This document shows, one piece after another, positions 11,449 through 22,587 of a stretch of DNA of 47,722 nucleotides (the stretch's first letter is position 1; each line of letters begins with the position of its first letter). The DNA is taken from the NCBI GenBank assembly GCA_021808035.1, contig JAKBCG010000001.1, forward strand, positions 1-47,722, written 5' to 3'. Both the position numbers and the translations under genes were made by a program. Origin of the DNA: Pseudomonadota bacterium (lineage in GTDB: Bacteria; Pseudomonadota; Gammaproteobacteria; Steroidobacterales; Steroidobacteraceae). The notes beneath the pieces were generated by a model, which was not told the origin of the DNA, ran no database searches, and worked only from the letters and a program-made list of their open reading frames with translations.

Positions 11449-11465
11449 CGCGGCGCCCCAGAATG

Positions 11466-11481
11466 TGGCATGGCTCATGCA
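11466..11481 (+). promoter_or_regulatory. Sigma54 (-24/-12) promoter of glnA
   Basis: TGGCATGGCTCATGCA = TGGCA...TGCA with GG-N10-GC spacing, about 70 bp upstream of the glnA ATG. Confidence 0.85.
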
Positions 11482-11548
11482 TTAACGAAAAATCCCCGGA
11501 CCCTGGCCGGGCCCTATCGACGCCGCACACCGCCCACGGAGGAGAATC

Positions 11549-12958
11549 ATGACTCCCGCTGAAGTTATGCGATTCATTCAAGAAAAGGATGCGAAGTTCG
11601 CCGATCTGCGCTTCACAGACACGATCGGCAAGGAACAGCACGTCACGATCCCGACCCGGCTGGTCGACGAGGGATTCTTCCAGGACGGCAAGATGTTCGA
11701 TGGATCGTCGATCGCCGGCTGGAAGGGAATCAACGAGTCGGACATGATCTTGATGCCCGATCCGGCGACCGCGGTGATCGACCCGTTCTTCGAAGAGACC
11801 ACCGTGAATCTGCGTTGCGACGTGATCGAACCGACCACGATGCAAGGCTACGACCGTGATCCGCGCTCGCTCGCGAAGCGCGCCGAGGCGTACCTGAAGT
11901 CGACCGGAATCGCCGACACGGCGCTGTTTGGACCAGAAAACGAGTTCTTCATCTTCGACGACGTGACGATGAGCTCGTCGATGAACGGGTGCGCGTACCG
12001 CGTCGACTCCTACGAGGGCGCGTGGAATTCCGGCAAGCCCTACGACGACGGCAACAAGGGTCATCGGCCGGGCGTCAAGGGCGGCTACTTCCCGGTGCCG
12101 CCGGTCGACTCGCAGCAGGACATCCGTACCGCGATGTCGCAGGCCTGCGAGGAAATGGGCCTGAAGTTCGAGGTGCATCACCATGAGGTCGCGACCGCCG
12201 GCCAGGGCGAGATCAACGTCGCGGCGAACACGCTGACGAAGAAGGCCGACGAGGTCCAGATCCTCAAGTACGCGCTGCAGAACGTCGCGCATGGCTACGG
12301 CAAGACGCTCACGTTCATGCCGAAGCCGATCGTCGGCGACAACGGCAATGGCATGCACGTGCATCAGTCGCTGCAAAAGGACGGCAAGGCGCTGTTCGCC
12401 GGCGACAAGTACGGCGGCCTGTCGGACATCGCGCTCTATTACATCGGCGGCATCATCAAGCACGCGCGCGCGTTGAACGCGTTCACCAACGCGAGCACGA
12501 ACAGCTACAAGCGGCTCGTGCCCGGCTTCGAAGCGCCGGTGAAGCTCGCGTACTCGGCACGCAACCGCTCCGCGTCGATCCGGATCCCGTGGGTGTCGAA
12601 TCCGAAGGCGCGGCGGATCGAGGTGCGATTCCCGGATGCGACCGCTAACCCGTACTTCGCGTTCGCCGCGATGATGCTCGCCGGTCTCGACGGGATCCAG
12701 AACAAGATCCACCCGGGGGATCCGGCGGACAAGGATCTCTACGATCTCGAGCCCGAGGAGGACAAGAAGATCCCGACGGTCTGCCATTCGCTCGACATGG
12801 CGCTCGAATACCTCGACCGGGATCGCGCGTTCCTGAAGGTCGGCGGCGTTTTCAGCGACGACCTGATCGATGCCTACATCGACCTGAAGATGAAGGAAGT
12901 CACCCGGCTGCGGATGACGACGCACCCGATCGAGATGGAGATGTACTACAGCCTCTGA
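11549..12958 (+). CDS. glnA: Glutamine synthetase type I
   Basis: [74 protein letters not shown], adenylylation site DKDLYDL; SD GGAGGAG. Confidence 0.99.
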   Translation: MTPAEVMRFIQEKDAKFADLRFTDTIGKEQHVTIPTRLVDEGFFQDGKMFDGSSIAGWKGINESDMILMPDPATAVIDPFFEETTVNLRCDVIEPTTMQGYDRDPRSLAKRAEAYLKSTGIADTALFGPENEFFIFDDVTMSSSMNGCAYRVDSYEGAWNSGKPYDDGNKGHRPGVKGGYFPVPPVDSQQDIRTAMSQACEEMGLKFEVHHHEVATAGQGEINVAANTLTKKADEVQILKYALQNVAHGYGKTLTFMPKPIVGDNGNGMHVHQSLQKDGKALFAGDKYGGLSDIALYYIGGIIKHARALNAFTNASTNSYKRLVPGFEAPVKLAYSARNRSASIRIPWVSNPKARRIEVRFPDATANPYFAFAAMMLAGLDGIQNKIHPGDPADKDLYDLEPEEDKKIPTVCHSLDMALEYLDRDRAFLKVGGVFSDDLIDAYIDLKMKEVTRLRMTTHPIEMEMYYSL

Positions 12959-12997
12959 CCGCGCGCCCGGCGCGCTGTCCGGAGAAGCTCACCCAAA

Positions 12998-13026
12998 GGG
13001 TGACGGCGGTCACACCGCCGTCACCC
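12998..13026 (+). terminator. Strong hairpin after glnA (terminator or mRNA-stabilising stem)
   Basis: GGGTGACGGCGGT-CAC-ACCGCCGTCACCC is a perfect 13-bp inverted repeat. The U-tract is weak (cgcggttt). Confidence 0.65.
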
Positions 13027-13069
13027 CGCGGTTTGGTGATGGAGGGCGATGGCGCTATGCTCTCGGATC

Positions 13070-13591
13070 ATGCACCGGTGGCGCATACTGATCGTGGCTG
13101 GATTGCTCGCGGCGAACGCGTGCCCGGCGTCGGCGATCTACAAGTGGACCGATGCGGCCGGGGTCGTGCATTTTGCCGACCATCCCGCGCCCGGGGCCCA
13201 AAAGATCCAGCTCGACGTGGATGTCGTGCCGGCGGTGCGCACGCCGCCGATCCCATCGTCGCCGCAAACCGTGACGCCGATCCCGTATGCCCACTTCACG
13301 ATCGATTCACCGACCCGCGAGCAGACGTTCTTCGGCGAGCCGGTGCCGGTACACCTGACGATGCAGCCGGCGCTGCGACCGAGCGACGAGCTGCGCTGGA
13401 CCCTGAACGGCCGGCCGCTCGACACAGAAACGAATCAGGTCGGCTTTGCATTGCCCGGCCTGCCGCGCGGCGCCTACGATCTCGTTGCGACCGCGATCGA
13501 TCGCGAGAGCGGCGGGACCTTGAACAGCGCGACCGTCGCGTTCTACGTGCACCGCCCCTCGATCCTGAATCCCCACCACCACCCGCACTGA
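13070..13591 (+). CDS. DUF4124-domain exported protein
   Basis: Signal peptide ending PASA, then IYKWTDAAGVVHFADHP (DUF4124 signature) and a beta-rich C-terminal domain; usual position between glnA and ntrB. Alternative start 13049. Confidence 0.85.
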   Translation: MHRWRILIVAGLLAANACPASAIYKWTDAAGVVHFADHPAPGAQKIQLDVDVVPAVRTPPIPSSPQTVTPIPYAHFTIDSPTREQTFFGEPVPVHLTMQPALRPSDELRWTLNGRPLDTETNQVGFALPGLPRGAYDLVATAIDRESGGTLNSATVAFYVHRPSILNPHHHPH

Positions 13592-13618
13592 ACGCGGGTC
13601 CGCCGCCGGACGGCGCGA

Positions 13619-14703
13619 ATGGCCATTGAGGCCATCGGGTCCGCGCCGGTCGATCGCGCCGAGCTCCTCGACGCGCTGCTCACGAGCGTGTTCGTCCTCG
13701 ACGCCGAGCTGCGCGTCATCGACCTGAACGCGGCTGCGCAGACCCTGCTCGGGCTCGGCGCGAGCCAGGCGCTCGGTCGGCCGGTCGGTGAGCTGCTGCG
13801 AGGCGCGGATCTGCTGGCGGCGCTGCTCGAGCGGGCGCTCGCGCGGCGTGGCGAGGAGATCGTGCAGCGTGAGCTCGCCTGGCAGGAACCGCTCGGCGCG
13901 GAGCGGATCCTGGCGTGCGCGGCGACGGTGGCGACCCTCGGCGCCGAGATCCGCCTGGTTCTCGAGATCGAGGACATCACCCAGCATCGACGAAGGATCC
14001 GGGAAGCGGCGCTCCTCGCGCAACTGGACGGCAGCCGCCTGATGATTCGCCAGCTGGCGCACGAGATCAAGAACCCGCTCGGCGGCGTGCGCGGCGCGGC
14101 GCAGCTCCTCGAACGCGAACTCCTCGATCCGGCGTTGCGCGAGTACACGCGGGTGATCATCAGCGAGGCGGATCGGCTCGCGGGCCTGCTCGACACGATG
14201 CAGGGGCCCGGCCGTCCGCCCGCCAAACAGGCCGTGAACGTGCACGAGATGCTCGAGCGCGTCTATCGACTGCTGCGCGGCGAAGCCTCGGCGCGGATCA
14301 CGATCGAGCGCGACTATGATCCCAGTCTGCCGACCCTCACCGTCGATCCGAACCACATCATCCAGGCGATGCTGAACCTCGGTCGAAATGCGTTGCAGGC
14401 GCTCGAGTCGGGCATGGCGGACGGCGGCCGTCTGGTGCTGCGTACCCGCGCGGCGATCAACGTGACGCTCGGCGCGCAGCGGCACCGGGTCGTCGCCTCG
14501 ATCCAGTTCGAGGACAACGGGCCCGGCGTGCCGCCGGAAATCCGGGACACGATCTTCTATCCCCTGGTTTCGGGGCGCGACGGCGGGTCGGGCTTCGGCC
14601 TCGCGGTCGCGCAGGATCTCGTGACCCGCCATGGTGGCTTGATCGAGTTCGACAGCGCGCCGGGACGCACGGTCTTCACGTTGTCGCTGCCGATGGATAC
14701 CGC

Positions 14704-14707
<4 letters not shown>
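13619..14707 (+). CDS. ntrB: Nitrogen regulation sensor histidine kinase NtrB
   Basis: PAS-like N-terminus, H-box LAHEIKNPLGGVRGAAQLL, EYTRVIISEADRL, RDYDPSLP, EDNGPG, IFYPLVSGR, GSGFGL. Confidence 0.97.
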
Positions 14708-16119
<1,412 letters not shown>

Positions 16120-16153
16120 GCCGCGCGCAGGGAGCAGCGGCGCGAGGGCCACG

Positions 16154-16615
16154 ATGTTTCACGTGATCCTGTTCGAACCGGAGATCCCGCCGAACACCGG
16201 CAACGTGATCCGCCTGTGCGCGAACGCCGGCGCATCGCTCCACCTGGTCAAGCCGCTCGGGTTTCGTCTCGACGACCGGAGTCTGCGCCGCAGCGGCCTC
16301 GACTACCACGACCTCGCGCCGGTCGCGGTGCATGCGGACCTCGACGCCTGCCTCGCGGCGCTCGCCGGTTCGCGCGTGTTCGCGGTCGAGACCGGTGCGC
16401 GCCGCTGCTACGGCGAGATCGCCTATTGCGCGGAGGACGCGTTCTTGTTCGGACCCGAGACGAGAGGCCTGCCGGCGGCGGTGCTCGCCCGTTGTCCGGT
16501 CGATCGCCGCGTGTCGATCCCGATGCGGACCCCGGGCCGCAGCTTGAATCTCGCGAATGCAGTGTCGGTCGTGCTGTTCGAGGCCTGGCGCCAGCACGGC
16601 TTCGCGGGCGCCTGA
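16154..16615 (+). CDS. trmL: tRNA (cytidine/uridine34-2'-O)-methyltransferase
   Basis: MFHVILFEPEIPPNTGNVIRLCAN, LRRSGLDY, FGPETRGLP, IPM...RSLNLANAV. Confidence 0.96.
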   Translation: MFHVILFEPEIPPNTGNVIRLCANAGASLHLVKPLGFRLDDRSLRRSGLDYHDLAPVAVHADLDACLAALAGSRVFAVETGARRCYGEIAYCAEDAFLFGPETRGLPAAVLARCPVDRRVSIPMRTPGRSLNLANAVSVVLFEAWRQHGFAGA

Positions 16616-16636
16616 GGTACCGGCCCGGAGCGCCCT

Positions 16637-17647
16637 TCAGTCGCTCTCGGCGCGCAGCGCCCGGCGCATCAACAACCGGACCGATTCGCGCGCATCGTGA
16701 CCCTCGTGGACGATGCGGTAGACCTGCTCGCAGATCGGCATCTCGACGCCGACGCGCTCCGCGACCCGCCGTACCGCGCGCGCGGCGTGCACCCCCTCGA
16801 CGACCTGGCCGATTGCGCTCGCCGCCGCGTCGAAGGATTGGCCCTGCGCGAGCGCGATTCCGAGGCGGCGGTTGCGGGACTGGTCGTCCGTGCAGGTCAG
16901 GACCAGGTCGCCGAGGCCGGCGAGCCCCATGAACGTCTCGCGCGTCGCGCCGAGGCGGACCCCGAGACGCAGCATCTCGGCGAGCCCGCGGGTGATCAGC
17001 GCGACCCGCGTGTTCGCGCCGAAGCCGAGCCCGTCGGACAGGCCGGAGCCGATTGCGATCACGTTCTTCACCGCGCCGCCGACCTCGACACCGACGACGT
17101 CGGTCTGGCGGTAGGCGCGAAAGTTGGGACCGGACAAGCGTTGCGCGAGTGCTTCGCCGAAGCGCGCGTCCTGCGAAGCGACCACGAGCGCGGTCGGCAG
17201 GTCCGCGGCCACCTCGCTCGCGAACGTCGGTCCCGAGAGCACCGCGGTCGGCCTGGCGCCGAGCAATTCGGCCGCGACGTGGTGCGGCAGGAGACCGGTC
17301 TCGATCTCGAAGCCTTTCGTCGCCCAGGCGACGCGGGCGTTCGCGCCGAGCCGCGACTGGAGCGCGTTCAGGGTCTCGCGAAACGCGTGCGACGGAACGG
17401 CGACCAGGACGTCGCGAGCGGCCGCGAGTGCGGCATCGAGATCAGTCTCGACCTGTAACGCCGCCGGGAACGCCGCTCGCGGCAGATAACGCCGGTTGCG
17501 CCGCTCCGCGCGCATCTCGGCGAGCGCGGCACGATCGCGGCCCCAGAGTACGGTCGGATGGCCGGAGCGCGCGAGATGGATCGCGAGCGCGGTACCCCAG
17601 GATCCGGCGCCGACGACCGCGATCGCGTGGGGATCCGGGCCGGGCAT
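16637..17647 (-). CDS. gpsA: NAD(P)H-dependent glycerol-3-phosphate dehydrogenase
   Basis: GAGSWGTALA, WATKGFE, SGPTFASEVA, GGAVKNVIAI, GLAGLGDLVLTCTDDQSRNR. Confidence 0.98.
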   Translation of the reverse strand: MPGPDPHAIAVVGAGSWGTALAIHLARSGHPTVLWGRDRAALAEMRAERRNRRYLPRAAFPAALQVETDLDAALAAARDVLVAVPSHAFRETLNALQSRLGANARVAWATKGFEIETGLLPHHVAAELLGARPTAVLSGPTFASEVAADLPTALVVASQDARFGEALAQRLSGPNFRAYRQTDVVGVEVGGAVKNVIAIGSGLSDGLGFGANTRVALITRGLAEMLRLGVRLGATRETFMGLAGLGDLVLTCTDDQSRNRRLGIALAQGQSFDAAASAIGQVVEGVHAARAVRRVAERVGVEMPICEQVYRIVHEGHDARESVRLLMRRALRAESD

Positions 17648-17674
17648 CGAGCGGGAACCGGTGGGTGCGCGGGG

Positions 17675-18157
17675 CTAGTTGACGGTGCCCGTCTGCGCCT
17701 GCCCGCTCTCCGCCGCCTGCTGGTACAGCGCGTCGAAATTCACGAGCGGCAGCAGGAAGTTCGGGAAACCACCCTTCGTGATCAGATCCGAGACGACCTC
17801 GCGGGCGTAAGGGAACAGCACGCTCGGGCAGAAGCTGCCGATCAGGCGCTTCAAGTCCTCGTCCGAGGCGCCGACGATCGCGAACACGCCGGCCTGCTTG
17901 ACCTCGACGAGGTACATCGTCGCCTCGCCCTGCTTCGCCTCCAGCGTGATCGTGAGCGATACCTCGCGCACGTCCGGCGCGATATCCTCCGCCGAACTGT
18001 TCATGTTCAACTGGAACTTGGGCTCCCAGGCCTGGTTCGGCGGCAGCCGCGGCCCGTTGGGCGACTCGTAGGAGCTGTCCTTCAAATAGACGGTCTGCAG
18101 CGTGACCTGCACGCCGTTCTGCGCCGGCAACGGCTGATTCGCGATCTCTTCGTTCAT
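17675..18157 (-). CDS. secB: Protein export chaperone SecB
   Basis: VYLKDSSYESPN, VEVKQAGVF, CPSVLFPYAREVVSD, GGFP.FLL.LVNFDALY. Confidence 0.97.
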   Translation of the reverse strand: MNEEIANQPLPAQNGVQVTLQTVYLKDSSYESPNGPRLPPNQAWEPKFQLNMNSSAEDIAPDVREVSLTITLEAKQGEATMYLVEVKQAGVFAIVGASDEDLKRLIGSFCPSVLFPYAREVVSDLITKGGFPNFLLPLVNFDALYQQAAESGQAQTGTVN

Positions 18158-18420
18158 CGATCCCCCAGAACCAATCGGTCGAGTTCCCCGCTCCGGTCGC
18201 TTGCGATCAGGTCGTCACAGCCACCGACATGTCGATCGCCGATGAAGATCTGCGGCACCGTGCGCCGCCCGCTGCGGGCGACCATCTCGGCGCGCCACGA
18301 TGGATCCTCGTCGACGTCGAACTCGGTGAAAGCGAGACCCTTCTCCCGGAGCAATGCCTTGGCGCGCTGGCAATAAGGGCACCAGCTCGCCGAATAGACG
18401 GTGATCGGCGGCGCGCTCAC
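18154..18420 (-). CDS. grxC: Glutaredoxin 3
   Basis: GTG start overlaps the upstream stop; WCPYC, RRTVPQIFIG, HVGGCDDL. Confidence 0.96.
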   Translation of the reverse strand: MSAPPITVYSASWCPYCQRAKALLREKGLAFTEFDVDEDPSWRAEMVARSGRRTVPQIFIGDRHVGGCDDLIASDRSGELDRLVLGDR

Positions 18421-18863
18421 GCGCCCGCCTTCTTCGCAACGGCCCCCTTCACGAGCGGCAGGTTGTCGCGACTCCACGCGAGCACGCCCCCGTCGAGGCT
18501 CACCGCCTGCGCGAACCCCGCCTTCAGCAGCTTGCGGGTCGCCGCGGCGCTGCGCACGCCGCTGTCGCAGTACAGGATCACGGGCTTCTCGCGCCACTTC
18601 TTCAACGACTCGAGTTCGGCGTCGAGCTGTTCCACCGGCAGGTGCCGCGCCTCGCCGATGTGGCCGGCGTCGTAAGCTTCCTTCGTGCGCAGGTCGATCA
18701 ACAGCGCGCCCTGGTTCATCAGCCGCACCACCTCGGTGGATCCCACGGCGATCGCGCCGGTGGTCCGCAGCCGCAGCTCATACGCGAGCACCGCGACCGC
18801 GACCAGCGCGGTCCCCGCGGTCAACCACGGGTGATGAGCGATATAGGCGAGCAGACGCGGCAT
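18417..18863 (-). CDS. Rhodanese-like domain protein (YibN-like)
   Basis: N-terminal TM segment, IDLR...YDAGHIGEA, active-site loop YCDSGVRS, LDGGVLAW..DNLPLVK; first gene of the rhodanese-grxC-secB-gpsA operon. Confidence 0.92.
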   Translation of the reverse strand: MPRLLAYIAHHPWLTAGTALVAVAVLAYELRLRTTGAIAVGSTEVVRLMNQGALLIDLRTKEAYDAGHIGEARHLPVEQLDAELESLKKWREKPVILYCDSGVRSAAATRKLLKAGFAQAVSLDGGVLAWSRDNLPLVKGAVAKKAGA

Positions 18864-18899
18864 CGAGGCTAAGGAACCTGTCGGAATTTCGGGCGCGCA

Positions 18900-18908
18900 A
18901 GTATAGCA
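18900..18908 (-). promoter_or_regulatory. Extended -10 promoter element for the rhodanese-grxC-secB-gpsA operon
   Basis: Minus-strand TGCTATACT (TGn + TATACT), about 37 nt before the ATG at 18863. Confidence 0.5.
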
Positions 18909-18942
18909 GCGCCGGGAAGCCTTGTATGCTTGGGGCTGCGAG

Positions 18943-20124
18943 ATGAACCTGCGATCCATCCCATCCTGGAAGACGGCCGCGGCGGCGGTCGGACTGCTGT
19001 CGGCGGCGATGCTCGGCGCGCCCGCTGCCGACACGCCCGCCGTGCACCGAGCGCATGCCGAGCTCGCGCGGGTGCGCGCGCAGATCGCCGCGATCGCCAA
19101 GCGCCGTGACGCGGACCTCGAGCGACGCGATGCGCTCGACGCCGCGGTGCGCCGGGCGGACCTCGCGATCGCGGCGAAGCGGCGTACGTTGGAATCGCTC
19201 CGGGCGGCGGCGGCCGCGGCCCGCAAGCGACTCGATGCGCTGCGCGCCGAGCAGACACGCAATCTCGCGGCGTTGACGCAGGAGCGCCGGGCGCTCGCCG
19301 GACAGATCGTCGCCGCGTACATGATCGGGCGCCGCGAACAGATCAAGCTGCTGCTCGATCAGAGCGCGGTCGGCGAGGTCGGCCGGATGCTTGCTTACTA
19401 CGGCTATTTCGGCCGCGCGAGGGCCGCGCAGATCGCCGCGATCCGCAGCCGGATGCAATCGGTCGCGGCGGTCGCCCGTGCGACCGGGCAGCAGGCGATG
19501 CACCTACACGACCTGCAGGACGACGCGGTGAAGGCGCTCGCGGCGCTCGGCGCGGCCCGCGCGCAGCGCGCCGCGGCCCTGCAGGCTGCGAGCGCCCGCG
19601 TGCGGAGCGCGGAGCAGCGTCTCGCGGACCTGCGCCGGCAGCAACACTCGGTCGAATCGCTGATCGACCAGCTCTCGCGCGTGATCCCGTCGTTCCCGAC
19701 GCGACCCGCGAAGGACTTCCTCGCGATGCGCGGGCGACTGCCCTGGCCGGTCGCCGGCCGCGTGGTCGAGCATTTCGGCGACGTGCGCATGGACGCCGCG
19801 CAGGGGAGACTGCGGTGGCACGGGCTGTTGATCCGGACCGCACCCGGTGCGCGGGTGCGCGCGCCGTACTTCGGGCGGGTCGTGTACGCGGACTGGCTCC
19901 AGGGACTCGGCCTGCTGCTGATCCTCTCGCACGGCGACGGGTATCTCAGTCTGTATGCGCACGCCGAGGTGCTCTACAAATCGGTCGGTGATTGGGTCGC
20001 ACCGGGCGACGTGATCGCGGCGATGAGCAGTGCGCCCGGACCGACTCCGCCGGAGCTGTATTTCGAGATCCGTCATGGGCGCACGCCGCTCGATCCGCAG
20101 GCATGGCTGGCCGGCCGGCGCTGA
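18943..20124 (+). CDS. envC: Murein hydrolase activator EnvC (coiled coil + degenerate LytM/M23)
   Basis: Signal peptide, long Ala/Arg-rich coiled coil, GRLPWPVAG, GRVVYADWLQGLGLLLILSHGDGYLSLYAH, LYFEIR. Zinc-ligand motif is incomplete (WHGLLI), as expected for EnvC. Confidence 0.9.
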   Translation: MNLRSIPSWKTAAAAVGLLSAAMLGAPAADTPAVHRAHAELARVRAQIAAIAKRRDADLERRDALDAAVRRADLAIAAKRRTLESLRAAAAAARKRLDALRAEQTRNLAALTQERRALAGQIVAAYMIGRREQIKLLLDQSAVGEVGRMLAYYGYFGRARAAQIAAIRSRMQSVAAVARATGQQAMHLHDLQDDAVKALAALGAARAQRAAALQAASARVRSAEQRLADLRRQQHSVESLIDQLSRVIPSFPTRPAKDFLAMRGRLPWPVAGRVVEHFGDVRMDAAQGRLRWHGLLIRTAPGARVRAPYFGRVVYADWLQGLGLLLILSHGDGYLSLYAHAEVLYKSVGDWVAPGDVIAAMSSAPGPTPPELYFEIRHGRTPLDPQAWLAGRR

Positions 20125-20227
20125 TGGGCGGGAAGATGGCAAGTCGAGCACCGGTTGACGCAGCGCAGCGATCGGCGAACCCGAAAATTGCGCATCCGGT
20201 GATTGTTGCCGCAGTGCCGCACCGCGT

Positions 20228-21487
20228 ATGCTTCGCCTCCCGATGATCCCTCGCAAAGCCCGTGGTTTCCTGACCCTCGCGCTCGGTGTCGCGATCGGAC
20301 TCGCGCTCGGCACCGCGCGCGGCGTGTTCGCGCAGAAGCCGGTGCCGCTCGGCGCCGATCTGCCGTGGCGCGACGCGCAGATGTTTGCGCTCGTGCTCGA
20401 CCGTGTGGAGCGGGATTACGTCGAGCCGATCGGGGATCACCGGCTGCTGCAGGCCGCGATCCGCGGGATGGTCGCTTCCCTCGACCCGTACTCCGAGTAC
20501 CTGAGTCGCGATCAATACACCCAGGTGCGGATCAACAGCTCCGGTGAGTATTCCGGCGTCGGTCTGGAGGTGTCGATGCAGGACGACGAGGTCATCGTCG
20601 TCTCGGTATTCGCCGGATCACCCGCCGCGGCCGCCGGACTGCGTCCGGGCGACGTGATCGCGACGATCGACGGTACGCCGATCACGAATGCGAGCCTCGC
20701 CGAAACGATCGATCGGATGCGCGGCAAAGCGGGCACGACGGTGCGGATCGGCGTGCTCCGCGGCTCGAGCGGTACGCCGATCGTGTTCACGGTCAAGCGC
20801 GGTCCGGTCGAGATGCGCAGCGTCGGCTCGCTCGACCTCGGCGCCGGGATCGGCTATCTGCGGATCGCCGAATTCACCCAGCAGACCGGCCCGGATGTGA
20901 AGGCGGCCCTGCAGGCCCTGCTCGCCCGCAATCATGGATCGCTCCACGGCCTGGTGCTCGACCTGCGCGACAATCCCGGTGGCGTGCTGGACGCGGCCGT
21001 GTCGGTCGCCGGCGATTTCCTGAACGGCGGTGTGATCGTGAGCGCGCGCGGCCGGGCGCCGGACGCGAATTTCCAGATGGATGCGAAGCCGGGCGACCTG
21101 CTGCACGGCGCGCCGATCGTGGTGCTCGTCGACGGCGGCTCGGCGTCGGCCGCGGAGATCGTCGCCGGAGCGCTCAAGGACCATCACCGGGCGACGCTGA
21201 TGGGCCAGCGCACCTTCGGCAAGGGGTCGGTGCAGACGGTGATGCCGTTGCCCGGCGGACGCGCGTTGAAGCTCACGACCTCGCTCTACTACACACCGTC
21301 CGGGGTCTCGATCAATCACACCGGCCTGTTGCCCGACATCGTGCTGAAGCCGCCGCCGCCGGGTTCCCGAGGCGCGCCCTCGACCCCGGCGCAGATCCGC
21401 GCCGATCCGGAGGTGCGCCGTGCGGTCGAGGAGCTTGGCCGGCTTCGCGCGACGCCCGACCGCGCGCTGTCCGCGGCGAGGCGCTGA
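20228..21487 (+). CDS. ctpA: S41 family carboxy-terminal processing protease
   Basis: LDPYSEYL, PDZ domain, LDLRDNPGG, catalytic SASAAEIVAGALKD and TFGKGSVQT; follows envC. Start may be 20243. Confidence 0.93.
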   Translation: MLRLPMIPRKARGFLTLALGVAIGLALGTARGVFAQKPVPLGADLPWRDAQMFALVLDRVERDYVEPIGDHRLLQAAIRGMVASLDPYSEYLSRDQYTQVRINSSGEYSGVGLEVSMQDDEVIVVSVFAGSPAAAAGLRPGDVIATIDGTPITNASLAETIDRMRGKAGTTVRIGVLRGSSGTPIVFTVKRGPVEMRSVGSLDLGAGIGYLRIAEFTQQTGPDVKAALQALLARNHGSLHGLVLDLRDNPGGVLDAAVSVAGDFLNGGVIVSARGRAPDANFQMDAKPGDLLHGAPIVVLVDGGSASAAEIVAGALKDHHRATLMGQRTFGKGSVQTVMPLPGGRALKLTTSLYYTPSGVSINHTGLLPDIVLKPPPPGSRGAPSTPAQIRADPEVRRAVEELGRLRATPDRALSAARR

Positions 21488-21502
21488 AGGGCGCCCGGAC
21501 GC

Positions 21503-22501
21503 GTGCGCGGCATCCGCTCGATCGAGATCCTGTGCCTCGCGCTCGCGGCGCTGGTGCTGGTCTGGTCGAGCTCGATCGGCGCGCATCCCTGGGCGCTCGT
21601 GTCCCTGCTCGGCGCGTTCGCGGCGACGATCCTGGCGTTTCGATCCCGGCGCTTCCTGCCGAACCTCGGCCGCGTCCGCATGCAGGTCGAGTCCTGGGCG
21701 ATGGTCGCGTTCGTCAGCGCGGTGCTCTGGTTCACCGGCCGGGCCGACAGTCCGCTGGTGAATCTGTACCTGCTGCCGTTGATCCTCAGCGCATTCGCGC
21801 TCGGGCGGGCGACCGCGATGGCCCAGGTCGGCGCCGCGATCGCGGTGTACGCGGGTCTCGTCGTCGCCACCCCCGGGCTCGATCCGACCTGGCTCGCGAT
21901 GGCCGCGCGGACGGTGGGGGTGATGGCGCCGATCCTGCTCGTCGCGTACCTGACCTCGACCCTCGCGGCCGACGTGACCGAGGCACGGGACCGCATCGAG
22001 CGCCTGGCGCACGACGATCCGCTGACCGGCCTGCTCAACGCGCGCACCTTCGAGGCGGTCTGGGACCACGAGCATCGGTCGCGCGAACGCGACCACCGAC
22101 CCTATTCGGTGCTGTTCGTCGACGTGAACCAGCTCGACCGGATCAATGAGGAGTTCGGCCGGGAAGCGGGCGATGCCGCGCTGACGATGGTCGCGCGCTG
22201 CCTGCAGCGGAGCATCCGCACGAGCGATCGCGCCGCGCGATGTGGTGCGGACGAGTTCGCGGTGCTGCTGCCGGGGGCGCCCCCCGAAGTCGCCGGGACG
22301 ATCGTGAACCGGATCCGCCACAACGTGTTCAAGACGACGCTCGATCTGCGCTCGCGAATGATCCGCTGTAGCGTGAGCATCGGTGTCGCTTCCTATCCGC
22401 AGGATGCCCGCGAGCTGCGCGAGCTGCAGAGTCTCGCGGAGCATCGGATGTATCGCGACAAGGAATTGCGGCGGGCGCCGGGAGTCGAACCCGCGGTGTG
22501 A
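21503..22501 (+). CDS. Membrane-bound GGDEF-domain protein with a degenerate active site
   Basis: 5-6 N-terminal TM segments, LAHDDPLTGLLNAR, LFVDVNQLDRINEEFGREAGD, RTSD-RAARC-GADEF, SVSIGVA. Confidence 0.9.
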   Translation: MRGIRSIEILCLALAALVLVWSSSIGAHPWALVSLLGAFAATILAFRSRRFLPNLGRVRMQVESWAMVAFVSAVLWFTGRADSPLVNLYLLPLILSAFALGRATAMAQVGAAIAVYAGLVVATPGLDPTWLAMAARTVGVMAPILLVAYLTSTLAADVTEARDRIERLAHDDPLTGLLNARTFEAVWDHEHRSRERDHRPYSVLFVDVNQLDRINEEFGREAGDAALTMVARCLQRSIRTSDRAARCGADEFAVLLPGAPPEVAGTIVNRIRHNVFKTTLDLRSRMIRCSVSIGVASYPQDARELRELQSLAEHRMYRDKELRRAPGVEPAV

Positions 22502-22587
22502 AGTCAAAAAAAGTACCGTCGATCGCGCGCAGCCTCTTGCAGATCCCGTGGTCCGCGGTAAAGTTGCGCAAGCTCGAAGGGAGAATC

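Noticed and set aside
10307..12925. 872-aa ORF appearing to extend glyQ across the glnA promoter and antisense to glnA
   Set aside because: The extension is the stop-free antisense shadow of a codon-biased gene. GlyQ homology begins at ATG 11233 and a TATACT -10-like element lies just upstream (11265-11260).
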